Origin: Vicugna vicugna
Lineage: Eukaryota
Direction: 5' to 3'
DNA: 64,000 bases
NCBI GenBank assembly: GCA_013265495.1
Contig: MU058009.1
Location: 1,986,001-2,050,000, forward strand
Below are positions 1 through 11,889 of this stretch, piece by piece. Positions within the stretch are counted from its first letter, which is position 1. Every line of letters begins with the position of its first letter. The notes under the pieces were generated by a model. The model was not told where the DNA came from. It made no database searches and was given only the letters and a program-made list of their open reading frames with translations. The position numbers and the translations under genes are program-made.

Positions 1-1029
1 GACCCATTATAACTGACTGTACCTCAATTTTAAAAAAAGATAAAGGGGCTTTTACTGCAGAAAGGAAGCCACACAGGAGTCAGGGGAAGGGGAAGGACCT
101 CGGGGCTCCCAGCTGCAATCAGGACTCCAGCTCTTGAGGGACTGCGCAGAGACAGACAGATGTCCTGCCAACAAGGTCCACATTTCTCAGGAGGATGGTC
201 GGGCTGAGCTACTGGCAATCAAGAAGAGTCACAAAACAAGAGTGCGGGATGGGGAGCCTCGGAGGGCCTGGGGTGTTGACAGCATCCCGGGTTCCTGTGT
301 CTGTCGTCCCCTCATCATCCAACGTGTCAAACTAAGATAGGAGCTAATCTCAGAAGCCATTAGAAGGTGCTAAGAATTGATGAGGTGAGGATGCCGCGGA
401 GAGGGCACATCTGCCCCGCACAGGCATTAGTCAGTCGCTCAGTGGAAATGGCAGGGACGCAGACTGGCAGGGCGGTGGGGGAGCAGCTGACTTGGCCCAG
501 GCAGCACAGGGCCTCCTGGGCGTCCGTGCCCAGGCAACGTCCCCGCAGGCGTCTGTCACCTTCCGACGACTTGTTTATCACGTCTGTCTTCAGAATTCTA
601 GGCAGGGCAGGGTTAGGATACTGAGTGGATAAAGAAGGTCGATGTATGTAACGTGCCTAGAACGGCGCCTGAAAGCTAGTAAGCAGGCGTGTTCACTGTG
701 TTGCTGGCAGAGCAGCAGTAATAACTCTCGTCATCCTGGACGAGCAAGAGGGAAGGCCGAGAAACCTGGGTTCGAATGGTGCATCTTCTGGTTTCCCAGA
801 GTTATCTACCAATAAGTCATTTAGCCTCTGATTGTTCTCTTCATTACAAAGTGAAGTTACTCCTGCCTCTCACGCAGGCCTGCCGTCGGGGGAGCAGAAG
901 ACACAGCTGCAAAGCCCAGCTGAGCCCACCAGGACCTCGCCCGGGGTGGCGTCTCCCCAGGCACAGAGGGGCTTTCACAGATGCAGCTCTTCGCTCCCGG
1001 AGTCCGCCCGCTGAGTCACTGCAGAGGAG

Positions 1030-1387
1030 AATTTGTGTGTCAGCTTCGTTGGGCCAAGGTGCCCAGATCCTGGGTCAGACATCACTCTGGAGGGTGTTTC
1101 GGATTCGATTAACTTTTAAATCGATGGACTTTGAGTAAAGCAGATTGCGCTTTATAATGTGGGTGGGCCTCTCCCGAGTAGAACAGAAGACTGGCCTCTC
1201 TCGGAGCAGGAAGGAGCTCGCAGCTGACGGCCTGCAGGCTTGACAGCTCCTTCCCCGGACTCCAGGCTGCTAACCTACCCTGCAGGTTTGGGACTTGCCA
1301 GCCACAAAACCCACGAGCCAATTCCTTAAAACAAACCTAAGGACACATCCTGTTGGTTCTGTTTGTCTGGAGAACTCTGACTAATAC
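1030..1387 (+). mobile_element. ERVL LTR, MLT2-type
   Basis: Diagnostic GACTTTGAGTAAAGCAGATT...AATGTGGGTGGGCCTC and terminal GGTTCTGTTT..CTGGAGAACTCTGACTAATACA. Confidence 0.75.
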
Positions 1388-1861
1388 AGACACAAAACTC
1401 TCTCTGTGGTCAGAACGACACAGATTGAGGCACCCACCTCCCCAGCGCTGAAGAACCAGCTAGAATGTCTGTCCCGAGGGCTACGGAGAAGGACCGCACG
1501 TCCCGTGTCAGCGCTGTTTGTCTGCCTGGCTGGGCTGAGCGCTCACTGACGATCTCAGCGGCCAACCTGTCATTATCGGGACGCCGGGAAGGGAGGGCCC
1601 GAGAGATGGGCAGGGGGGAGAGAACCTCGTCTCTGCAACAAGCACGTGCATCCTCATTCCTGACCTGACACTGGGCTAGAGACAGGCTAGCAACAACAAC
1701 AAGATAATGTGTTTTATTATACAATCCACGGTTAGGCACACCGTATGCTACGTTCCCAGAAGACAGAAGGAAAATCTTCAGATTTCAGAGATGTCAAAAT
1801 GGGGGGAAAAATGTATCTCAGAATGAATAAAACAGGATGATGATGGTAAGAAGATGTCTAG

Positions 1862-2080
1862 GACTTGCTTGCTATGCGCAGGTACCGTCCTGAGCACTCC
1901 ACATGTGTTAATTCATTTAAGACAGCAAACCTATGAGATGGAACCTATTATCGTCCCACTTTATGGATGAGGACACTGAGACTCAGACAGACGAGGCGCC
2001 CTGGCCTGGCTCACTCAGCAACTAAGCGGCAGAGCTAGGGTTTGAACCCAGGCAGACTGGCTCCAGAGTCCACGCTCTCA
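1862..2080. mobile_element. MIR SINE
   Basis: Core CCCACTTTATGGATGAGGACACTGAG...GGCAGAGCTAGGGTTTGAACCCAGGCAGACTGGCTCCAGAG. Confidence 0.8.
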
Positions 2081-3769
2081 AGGGCTCCCTAAGAACTAAA
2101 GTTAGGAGATGGCTCGCTCGGAATCTGTCCCACTGTCCAGGGACTTGCACAGCCCACAGCCCGTTCCAGAAAGTTCAGTGGCTGTCAATCGGCTTGGCTG
2201 TAAGTGACCACTCTTAAATGTACCATTAGCTTTTTTGAGAAGTTCAAACAAAATACATCCACAATGATTCACGACTGTGTCTGGAAGTCACATTGCCAAA
2301 CGGTAAATTTGGGGAGAGGACTGAACTCAAAGCCCCATGTGGTCACCTGGATTTATGGAGAGGACGTCACAGTGCTTCACCTTCTCACAGCCCTCACCCA
2401 TGAATTCACTCAGTAAGTAATTATCACACCAGCCAGGTGCAGGACAGTTGCTAAGGGCCAGAGATCCGGAGGAAATGGGAGAGAGCACCTGTTTCCCACC
2501 GCCTCCCTGCACTTGTGCACGTTTAACAAAACACCTGGCTCGGGAGGAGAAGGAAGCAGAATGTCGGGAGTGCCCTGCGGGTCCCCTCTGAGATGGCTTA
2601 TTCTTCCCCGATAGCTCTCCTCTGCGTATTCATGCCATCGTGGGGGCATCTCACCTCAGCAGAGTGATGACGCCGCCACTCCAGTTCCCATGGAAACCGA
2701 ACTGGGACAAGAGGAACAGAAGGCTCTTCAAGGTCATCAGAGCACAGGAGAGTGGAGACAAGGACAGCAAGGATGGGGCACTCTTCCTCCGGCTCAGCAC
2801 TGAAACACGTGGCCCCCATCAGCCACACGACCTTGGGGCGCTGGGTGTGGGTTCTGGGAGAGGAGCCTGAGCCCTCGGCATTGCGTGGGCAGCCGGGCAG
2901 CTGAGCCCAGGACCAGGCTGGGGGTGGGGACCATGCCTCCTGCCTCCCGACCCAGCCCCGCCCCACATCTGGTCCCAGGGAGACGTGCGAGGCATGTTTG
3001 GGGCCCTTCCCCCTCCTCAGAGCCACAAGGCTCCCAGTGTGCTACCTTCATTACCAGACGTCCTGGAGTCGAGGACTGCCGCTCTGCGGGCCATCTGATC
3101 AGAAAGCCCAGTGTGACACGGACGAGTCTGGGGCATGAGGGATGCAGACCCACCTCGTCAGCCTGCACTCTCCTCCCTGCTCCCCACCGTGGGGCTGTCT
3201 GCTTCTCCCCTTGGCCCTTCCTTGTTTGACACCCCAGCCATGAATTTTCCTTCCTTCTGAAAGCCTCAGGAAAAGACCTTTCTGCCTCCCGGTCGCCCAG
3301 GCTTTGGAGCAGGGCCAGCCCTTCCCCCAGAGCTGTTTATCAGGCCTGTGCATCCCCAGGTCTGTCCAGGCCCAGACAGGTCGCAAGCCTGAGGCCCCTG
3401 CCCCCGAATCACGTGAGGCTGGGAGTCCAGGTACAGAAGTCAGAGACCAGATGGCTTCACGGGAACAGAGTCCCCGCAATGACTGGCAAGGACATTCATT
3501 GTGCCAGGCACCTGCGGTATCTCCGTGGGGCTCTGGGTCTCCCACCAGCCCAGGCCCTGCCTCCAGACTCCACCGTCTGAGCCGGAGCATCTCTGAGGTG
3601 ACTCCGGGGAGACCCTGTCTGCTGAGACTGGCTTCTCCTCATTTGTCCTTTGGGCCAATACTTAAGGGGTTGAAAACAAGTGCAGGGTATAAGCGGGTGG
3701 CGCAGCACTGGGGTAATAATGATTCTTAATATTGTTAGTGTGGGTTTATTCCTTCTGCAGTTTTGCTGG

Positions 3770-4560
3770 GACCACGGGGGAGAGGTGGACCCACGCTGGG
3801 TGGAAGAGCCGGGCTGGGCTGCGCTCACACGCCAGGCGATGCCCCGACTCGACCTGGTGGCGGGTGTCGGGGAGGGCGCGGGGCGGTGGGGCCGGCTGTC
3901 AGGGACGGGTTGTGCCCCTTTAGGGGCGGCAACGACCCTCGGTTCCCACAGTTTTAAAGTGTGGGCTACAGCGACTCTCTAAGGCTGCTTCGAGCTGTAA
4001 AATCTCAGGATTCTCTGGAAAGAAATCATATTAATGGTTAACAGTCATTTCCTCCTCAAGGCCCAGGCACAGCGCTGACAGCTGCCCCGACCCGCAGTCC
4101 CTGCCCGGCTGCCGGGAGACCGCACGCCAGCTGCCCAGATGCAGAGGCCGCGGGCCGGCCTCCCGGGGCTGGAGGCGGGGCGGCGCGGGGGACCCGGCTG
4201 CCGCGCGGTCCCCGCAGCGGGGGCGTCGGGGCCAGGGCAGCGCTGCCCGAGGCCTGTGAGCCTGGGCGCGCCGCCACCGCCCCGACCACGACCGCGGGGG
4301 GGATGCGGGCGGGGCTGCTCGGGCCGCGCGGGGAGGAGCGCGGAGAGGCGGTGCCGCCGCCGACAGCGCCCTCCGCCGGGGACGGTCCCCGGGGTCACGG
4401 TCAGGCCGCCAGCGGGAGAGGGCGCGGCGGCCCTCCTCCCAGGCGGCCACACAGACAGACAGACAGACAGAGCGGCCGCACAGCTCCCAGCTCCGGGCCC
4501 CGGCCCTTAGGAGAGGACCCCGGCAGTGCCCGCGTCCCTGCTCCCGCGGCTAAAATTACT
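3770..4560. promoter_or_regulatory. CpG island with GC boxes and a (GACA)n tract at about 4450-4470
   Basis: Very high GC and CpG density seen directly; GGGCGG motifs. Confidence 0.75.
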
Positions 4561-5509
4561 CCTGAAAGTTACTGGTCACCACCACGGTCCACACACGTGG
4601 TGCCTACTCTCTTCAGAGCGTTTTCTCACATAATGAGGGTCTGCATTCGTCCTCCCGGCTCTGAGGGTGTCATGGCTGCGATCACCACCCCCACGTTACA
4701 GATGAGGCAGTGGAGGCTTCAAGAGACGGAACAACTTAGCAAAGCCACATGGCCCGTTTCCTCGGATCTGGTGTGGAATCAGGTGGGGACAAATCAGGTG
4801 GTCGCGTTGCTATTAATAAAGGAGGTGTGGCCAAAACCAAAACTTCCTGATGCCTAGTCCACACCATATTCAACTGGACATGCTTCCTAAAAGGGGTTCT
4901 GAAGAGCTATTCTGTCGTCCAACACCAAACCCTCTGCCTTAGAGGCTTTCACGTACACCTGTCCTGCGCATCTCTAAGAAATACTGCCATTAAAAAACCA
5001 AACCTATTTATTCTGTTATTTTCTAAACCTTGGGATCATGTGATCTCTCGGGGGTGGGGGCTGGGGAGATGCTCATTAACAATGATGATCGTGAAACCAA
5101 ACCGGGGTGGCACTGCACAGGTGCCCTGGAAGCCCCGGGCAAGCAGCAGGGTGGAGGGCAGAGCTAGCTGGTTCCAGAAGGGAGCGGGTGGCAGGGGGTC
5201 GCCGGGGAACAACAGTGTCTGACTCTGACTCTCCTGGGGAGGTCCTTGAAAAATACAAGTTCTCTGGCCATCGAAGAGACAACTAATTCAGCAGTGCATA
5301 GAAATCTATATTTTTAAGCAAGCTCTGCAGGTAATTCTGAAGTGCGTCCAAGTTTGGAAACTCTGTGGAGGCTCAGAAGCCCCGCTTGGACTTAGCCTAT
5401 GAAAGCGGAGAAGCCAGACTCTAAATGTTTATGCCATTTCCTAAAAACAGCAATAAACAGTATTGGAGAGTTTAAAGCCATGAAATCACACTTAGAAATT
5501 ATGGCATCT

Positions 5510-5996
5510 CAGCCATAAAAAAGAATGAAATAATGCCACTGAGAGCAACGTGGATGGACCTAGAGATGATCATACTAAGTGAAGTAAGTCAGAGAGAGAC
5601 AAATGTCATATGATATCACTTCTATGTGGAATCTTTTTCAAAAAAATGACACAAATGAACTTATTTACAAAACGGAAACGGATTCATAGACATAGAAAAC
5701 AAATTGCTGATTACCAAAGGGGAAAGCCAGTGGGGGCAGGGGGGGATGATGAATTAGGAGTTTGGGATTAGCAGATACACACTACTGTATGTAAAACAGA
5801 GAAACAACAAGGTCCTACTGTGCAGCACAGGGAGGGAACTATATTCAATACCCTGTAATATCTTATACTGAAAAAGAATATGAAAAGGAGATACATATCT
5901 CCGAATCACTGTGCTGTACACCAGAAACTAATACGACAATGTGAGTCAACTAAACGTCGATAACAAATAAATAAGTAAGTAAATGAATAAATAAAA
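5510..5996 (+). mobile_element. 5'-truncated L1 (ORF2 end and 3' UTR) with A-rich tail and 16-bp target-site duplication
   Basis: CAGCCATAAAAAAGAATGAAATAATGCC...TGGATGGACCTAGAG. TSD AGAAATTATGGCATCT at 5494-5509 and 5997-6012. Confidence 0.9.
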
Positions 5997-6288
5997 AGAA
6001 ATTATGGCATCTTATAATGAAAGCACCCCTTCGCTAGAGTCCAGGGGGCAGATGACATTCTATCCAAGTGCTGTGGATCACGGCTCAAATCTTACCTTCT
6101 CTTTCCAGCGCCGGCTCCCAAAAAAGGGTCATATAGGCCCCCGGTGTCCGCTGCCAGGTCGGTGCCCTTGAAGTGCGCTCGTGAAAGTGGGGGAGAGAGG
6201 AGGAGGGGGCCGCAGCCTGCCGGGCACCACGGAGGCCCCCTCCGCCCTCGCCCACGAACAGGACACCGGTGAGTGACCAGCGAGTCGA

Positions 6289-6306
6289 CAGCGCCATCTG
6301 GCGGCT
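6289..6306 (-). promoter_or_regulatory. CTCF-binding motif
   Basis: Minus strand AGCCGCCAGATGGCGCTG closely matches the CTCF core CC(A/G)C(C/T)AG(A/G)(G/T)GGC(A/G)C and lies in a CpG-rich patch. Confidence 0.65.
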
Positions 6307-9234
6307 CCTTCGCAGCACGGCTCTCCCGGAGAGGCATCTGGAGCCGCCCCGTGGTTACAAACGCAGCCCTTTCCTGCAGGGCTGAGCGTGGGCAAAATAA
6401 CGGTTTTCTAAAGTTTTCGTTTCCATAAATCTTCTCTTTCTTAAACATTCATCCATTCATTCAACAAACCTATTTGCAAACGTACCATGCGTCATATAGA
6501 CACATACAAAAGGGGAAAACAGAGGAGGTGGATTGGGAGCAATGAGAGATGCTATTTTAGATACAGCGGTCAAGGGAAGTCTTTCCTAAGGTGGTGACAT
6601 CTGGGCAAAGATTTAAGTGGGGGAGCAATCGCACCGACACGGGCACCCGAGCACGGCGGGGCAGGAGCTGCAGGGCAGAGGTTGAGATGCGGAGGAGGCA
6701 CACTGATCGAAGAACGAGGTCAGCCAGGCCGAGTGCTGGGGCGGGGACGGCGGGGAGGGGGGGGGGCAGAGAGTGGCTGACCCGCCAGCAGCCTCCAGAG
6801 CACCTGCCCCTGGCCAGCCTTCCTCCATTTCTCAGGACTGAACAAGTCACTTTCTTTTTACCTCCAGAAGCTTTTCTTGAATCTACGATCTTGAAACTTG
6901 TGGGTGCAGGGCCAGCTTCTTGCCACCATTGTGGGGCCCCCAAATGTGGCCTTCACCAGGCAACCTGCCCCTCAGTTTCTTTTGTCTGGAGAACTGTTAC
7001 CTCAGAGCCTGTCTGGGGGCTCACAGTAGGGAGCATTGTTTCCCGAGGCGAGGATACGGTCGGTCGTCAGTAAGCGGCATAGGGGGAGGAATCAGGCGGA
7101 GAGCCGAGCGGTGTGCAGACTTCAGGGCTGCTCCCTGCTCCCGGGGCGGCTCTCTCTCCAGGCACCGGGTGACCACACTGAGCTGGTCGCCGTCCCCATG
7201 GTTGGGCAGGGCTTTGGGATGCGTTCAGGCTGTGAGCAGGAACGACCTGCATGTCCTCTGGGCCACATTCTAACTACCTGCAAGGACCCCTCCACCCCAC
7301 ACCGTGGTCCCCTCCCTGCAACACCATCCCAGGCACCTGCGTCTTCAGATGACGTAGCCAGAGGGTGGGGGAGCCCAGTGGCCGCACAGAAGACTGTCAC
7401 CAGGAGGGGCACCTGACCTGCAGCAGACTGAGCAGGAAATACACCCTTTTCTGCGTTAAGGTGTTGAGATTTGGGTAATGTCACTGCGGCATGAGCCTAG
7501 CCAGTCCTGACGGCGAGGGGTTGCTAGCAGCACCGCGTCTCCAGCGGCCCCGGGTGGGGTGACAGTGCTCTCTGAGGAGCCCCTCTGGGCCGCAGCACAG
7601 CAGAGACGAGAGCGGCAGACCCGCTCTGCACTGGCAGAGAATAATGGGAAATAAAGGAAAACCTTTATCATTTACCACAAGTTTTACCTTTCAAAAATGG
7701 AGACAAAGTCATCTCTCTTGAGCAACTCTCTGGTGAAGCACCGCGTCTTCCCCTCTGATCCTTCTGCAGCGGCTCCGAGTGCAGCTCCTGCTCCGGGTGT
7801 GTTACCGAGCCCACGGGCCGGAGGGCGACACAACAAAGCCAAGCCTGCAGCAGGCGTCTCCCTTAGCAGAGAGGCGCCGCTCCTGGGGGTCGTAGCACCG
7901 CGTCCCTGGACTGCAGAGCTGTGGGCTCCGTGGCGTGGGAAGGACAAGGCAGCTCTGACACAGAATGCAGCCGGTATCAGCCGTCACACCCGGGCCATCT
8001 GCATGCAGGTGTCCCCTGAACAGAGTCTTGAGAAATCAAGGGCTCTCCCCACGACCAGTTGTTCAAGTCTCACGCTGAAGTTTCATTTTAACCACGAAAT
8101 TACGTCTGGCATCTCTACCAATCAAGACTCTCTTCCTGCAAGATACATGTCAATTATGTGAAACTTTTCGGCTTTTCGGAAAGGCTGACAACCGATTAAG
8201 CTCTTCATGATACAACTGCACAAGCACAACGTGACCCTCTCTCCCTTGACCGCTGCGCGGTCTGGCACCGTCTCACAATGCAAAGCCTGGGTAACTTACC
8301 AGGAGTTTGCCCTCCTGCTAAGCCCTTTAGAAACTTCTATTACCTAATTCAGTCACAGCAACCCCCAGCAGTAGGTACGGTGAGTCTCGTTTGAGAGATG
8401 AGAAAGCCAGAAGTAGTCTGAGAAGGGTTTAACAGTTCCGTTAAGGGCTTTAGAATGAGTAAGTAGCAGCCAGGACTCAACTCCCCAACCTTAACGTCTA
8501 CTTTCATTGGAGCATAAGCTGGTGTCAGGGGTACTGGCTCAGACTCTCAGCCCCGCCTCTCTTGAGCAGCTGTACAACTGGCTGAAGACTAACCCTGTGT
8601 GCCTTGGCGTCGTCTATAAACCAGTGAGGGACAAGTGAGTTCATAAATGTAAAACGCTTACGACAGTGACTGGCACTAGAGTAAGCACAGTGTTAGTTAT
8701 CACTGGCTGTTAAAACATTGCCATACCATCGCCACAACTGATAAAATACGTAAAACTAAAAAGACAAGCCTATTACGTGCGAGAAGTTCTTGTAGAACCT
8801 TTGGTGAGAAAGGAAGGCACATCACTTGGTTGTAAGAGTTCTGTTGGAGTTGCCCGTCTGAAGAGCAGCACGCACACTCTTAAGTTCCCAAGCAGCCGAA
8901 ACGGCTCACACCCGAGACCTGACTGCGTAAGTGTGTGACTGCCGCCAGTGGTATATTCAGTCTTCAGCCTTTTACCAGTTTTAGAGAATGTGACATTGCT
9001 TTCCATATTATCTGGCAACTCACTTAGTCCTAATTTCTGTGTGTCGTTGCCATAAATAATAGAAACTGGGCTGAATATTGAACCACTGGGGGCAGAGAAA
9101 TTAACGACAAACTTCTGTTCCCTTATCACTAACGTGACAGGGAACCAAGGTGCAAATGAGAAGAAGTGGTGGAGCACTACGAACCGGAGCCGGTTCCCCA
9201 TGAGAGGAGCTCAGTACAGATGGTGTCTGGGCCC

Positions 9235-9400
9235 GCGCTTCTCACACCTGTACCGGAGTCACCGGGAGGCGCTAAAACTGCAGGCCCCTGAGTCCAACCC
9301 CAGACCTCCTGAGTCAGACTGTCTGGGCGTTGCTCAAGGAATCTTATGTTTAGCTGGCTCTTTGGGTGCTTAAACGGTTTCTAAGCTTTGAGAACTATTT
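9235..9400. mobile_element. MER5A-like hAT-Charlie MITE
   Basis: GAGTCACCGGGAGG...CCCCAGACCTCCTGAGTCAGA...TTTGAGAACTA. Confidence 0.6.
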
Positions 9401-9532
9401 GTCCAGTTTTAAACATGAACAAATGGCCGAGAAATCCCAGGGTGTTCTTCAAAATGTTCTTAGGAAATGAAAAAAGGAGCACTGCTCGAATGTCAAGGAT
9501 GCACGTGCATCTGGCATGCCATCCTCCTTCCA

Positions 9533-9619
9533 GCAGCTAGTGGTGGGCCGACAACCTTCCCGCAGAGTTAGTGGTGGGGCGAGAGCCTTCCCGCAGTTAG
9601 TGGTGAGGCCAGATGCCTC
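9533..9619. repeat. Degenerate minisatellite, about three copies of a 28-31 bp unit
   Basis: Unit approximately GCAGTTAGTGGTGGGGCGAGAGCCTTCCC, repeated three times with variation. Confidence 0.8.
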
Positions 9620-10213
9620 GTGGGGGCCAGCATTCTTCTGCGGGGAGTTATGAACATGGAAGATGCCACTGTGTCTAATCATAGAGCTTTCTCACAAAAC
9701 GTCAAGTGCAGGTAAAACTCTTAAAAGAGTTCTTGTTTTATTCTCCCTTCTAAGCGTCTGAAACTTGGGTACCCAAGTACTTTGTTAGGAGAAAAGAAGC
9801 AGAAGCTCTGTGTAATAAGAAACAGATGACACCAAGTTCTGACCTTTCAGGGTCTCCGATCAGAATTTCTTTTGCTCACCATCTTGACAAGCTTATTTAT
9901 TTTGAATGGTTATTTTGAGGAAGAGGAAGTTTTACAGGTAGCTCGTGGACAATAGCGAGAAGTGACAGTAGGAAGAAAAGGAGGATATAGGAAATTAAAA
10001 AAAAAAATGGCAAGAACACAATAGGACAGTGGTGATGGAGCACCTGGTACAGAAGCACTCTTTATCTCAGTGTGTCCTGATAGTACCACTATGTTACGGT
10101 AGAGCGGTCCACAGGTGTAAATGGTGAATCTTTAGGTATAGTAACAGCAAAGATTGTGGCTTGAAATATATCCTGGAAATATTTTAATTAAAATATTTAG
10201 AATAAAAGTCAAT

Positions 10214-10219
10214 TTTATT
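10214..10219 (-). terminator. Candidate distal polyadenylation signal AATAAA
   Basis: TTTATT on plus, followed on the minus strand by ATTAAA and then T/GT-rich sequence. Confidence 0.45.
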
Positions 10220-11883
10220 TTTAAGAGGTATACTCTCAATTATGTGAGAAACATAGCCACTGAACTGTCTTATTTCAGAGGGTTGCAGGTGCTCAAAGTT
10301 TTAATGTGATGGGAGTCAACATTAAAGTGTGCCTTTTCCTGTAGGACCACAAATGACTGAAATTCCAAACACCATCAGTGATTTTATCACTGACTCCTCC
10401 ATGATAAATAAATACGTATTTTAAGAGGTAGGTACTGTATTTTCATCAGTACGAAGAAAACGTGGTAATGAAATAGTATGGAAATGAGTCTCAGAAAACT
10501 AAGCTGAAGACCCAGTGCAAACGTCCAATGTCTCTTTTCTTTAATCCCATCTGAGCAGTTTCCACGGGAACCCATGTTCAAGTCTGGGGGTGAAATGTTC
10601 CATCGTGCTTCTAGTCTGGAGTGTGGTTGTAGGTATATAAAAGATGGGGTCATCTCACTAAACAGGCAACTGTCCTCATTACTAACTAAAAGGGAAATGC
10701 CGTAATATTTTAGGATGAAGAATGATTTGTACTTGATCACTCCCAACAGGAAAACTAGGATTTCAATACCTTAACAGAGGTTTTTTTGTTTTTTTTTTTT
10801 TAACTTGAAAAAGTCCTGGCTGACATGGAAGCACTTGTTTTGAGAAGAACTCTGGCACGGGAGAGCGTCTGGACCCCAGTCAGGCAGTTGGGGGACCTGC
10901 AGCAGCTGTCACATTTGAGTGCTTTCTTATCTGGGTTTGCCACAGATCAGCTTGTCACAGGCGGCCGTGTATAGGAGATGGCTCTTTTCCGGTACACTCT
11001 GAAAGCGCACAGTATGTCCAAAATGCTTTGTGGGACTCTTTAGAAATATGGTTGTTATTCAGAATCCCCTTCCGGGGAATCCTAAGACGCCAACTCCATC
11101 TCCTGGGAGACCAGCCGGGAGCCCGGCGGATGCATGGTGCTCACACGCCTTAGGGCAGCCCTGCGTGCAGCAGGTCTGCTCGAACTTGCCAGTGCAGATC
11201 AAGAGGTCTCTGCAGTCCTAGAGATACTGTTTGACCTGGGGAGAGTTTGGCCAGGCAGCATACTGTGACAGATAAACACAGGAAACATTAAGCCCCTCCC
11301 CTCAAATAAAATAAAATAACTTCTGGTAAAATAATGTATCATAGAAACACTAATCTTTTGGTCTGAGTACCCCCAACAACCCCTTCTATTTTGTTATAAT
11401 TCATATTAGATTAAAAAGGAAACACATACACAGAGGTCTGTTTTAACCTGAAATAATTTTGTTGATATTTGAATTGCTTTCAGTGGGACATTTGCTTTAA
11501 GCCACAAGGTATGTCCATCTGGATTATCAGAGTACAAAACCCTTTCTCTCCCCGCCCACCCCCAATCGAAACAAACAAAGAAACAAACAAAACCCCAAAC
11601 CCACAACTCAGCTTCAAATAAGTTTTGAAGAAATGAGACTCTATAAATATTTACATATGGGTCAAGAAATAAATCACAAACTATTTACAAAAATACACAA
11701 GCTTATATGCATTAACAATTTACACCAGTTCACAAAAATATTAAAACATAAAAAAAACTATATAAATTAAAGTTAAAACCTCAGAAGTATGACCCAAGAC
11801 TTCCTAGGATGCTTCTCTCATGCAGGTCATGGTTGAAAAATCAGAGTTTGCTACCTTAGAGTCTAAACTGTAAAACAACCATT

Positions 11884-11889
11884 TTTATT
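11884..11889 (-). terminator. Candidate polyadenylation signal AATAAA
   Basis: TTTATT on the plus strand, within an AU-rich UTR block. Confidence 0.5.

Noticed and set aside
2598..8161. Many 60-185 aa ORFs on both strands
   Set aside because: Low-complexity Arg/Gly/Pro/Ala products expected from GC-rich DNA; no domain and no TP53AIP1 similarity visible.
9533..9619. Repeat array superficially resembling CRISPR
   Set aside because: Eukaryotic context, no unique spacers and no cas genes; it is a simple tandem repeat.
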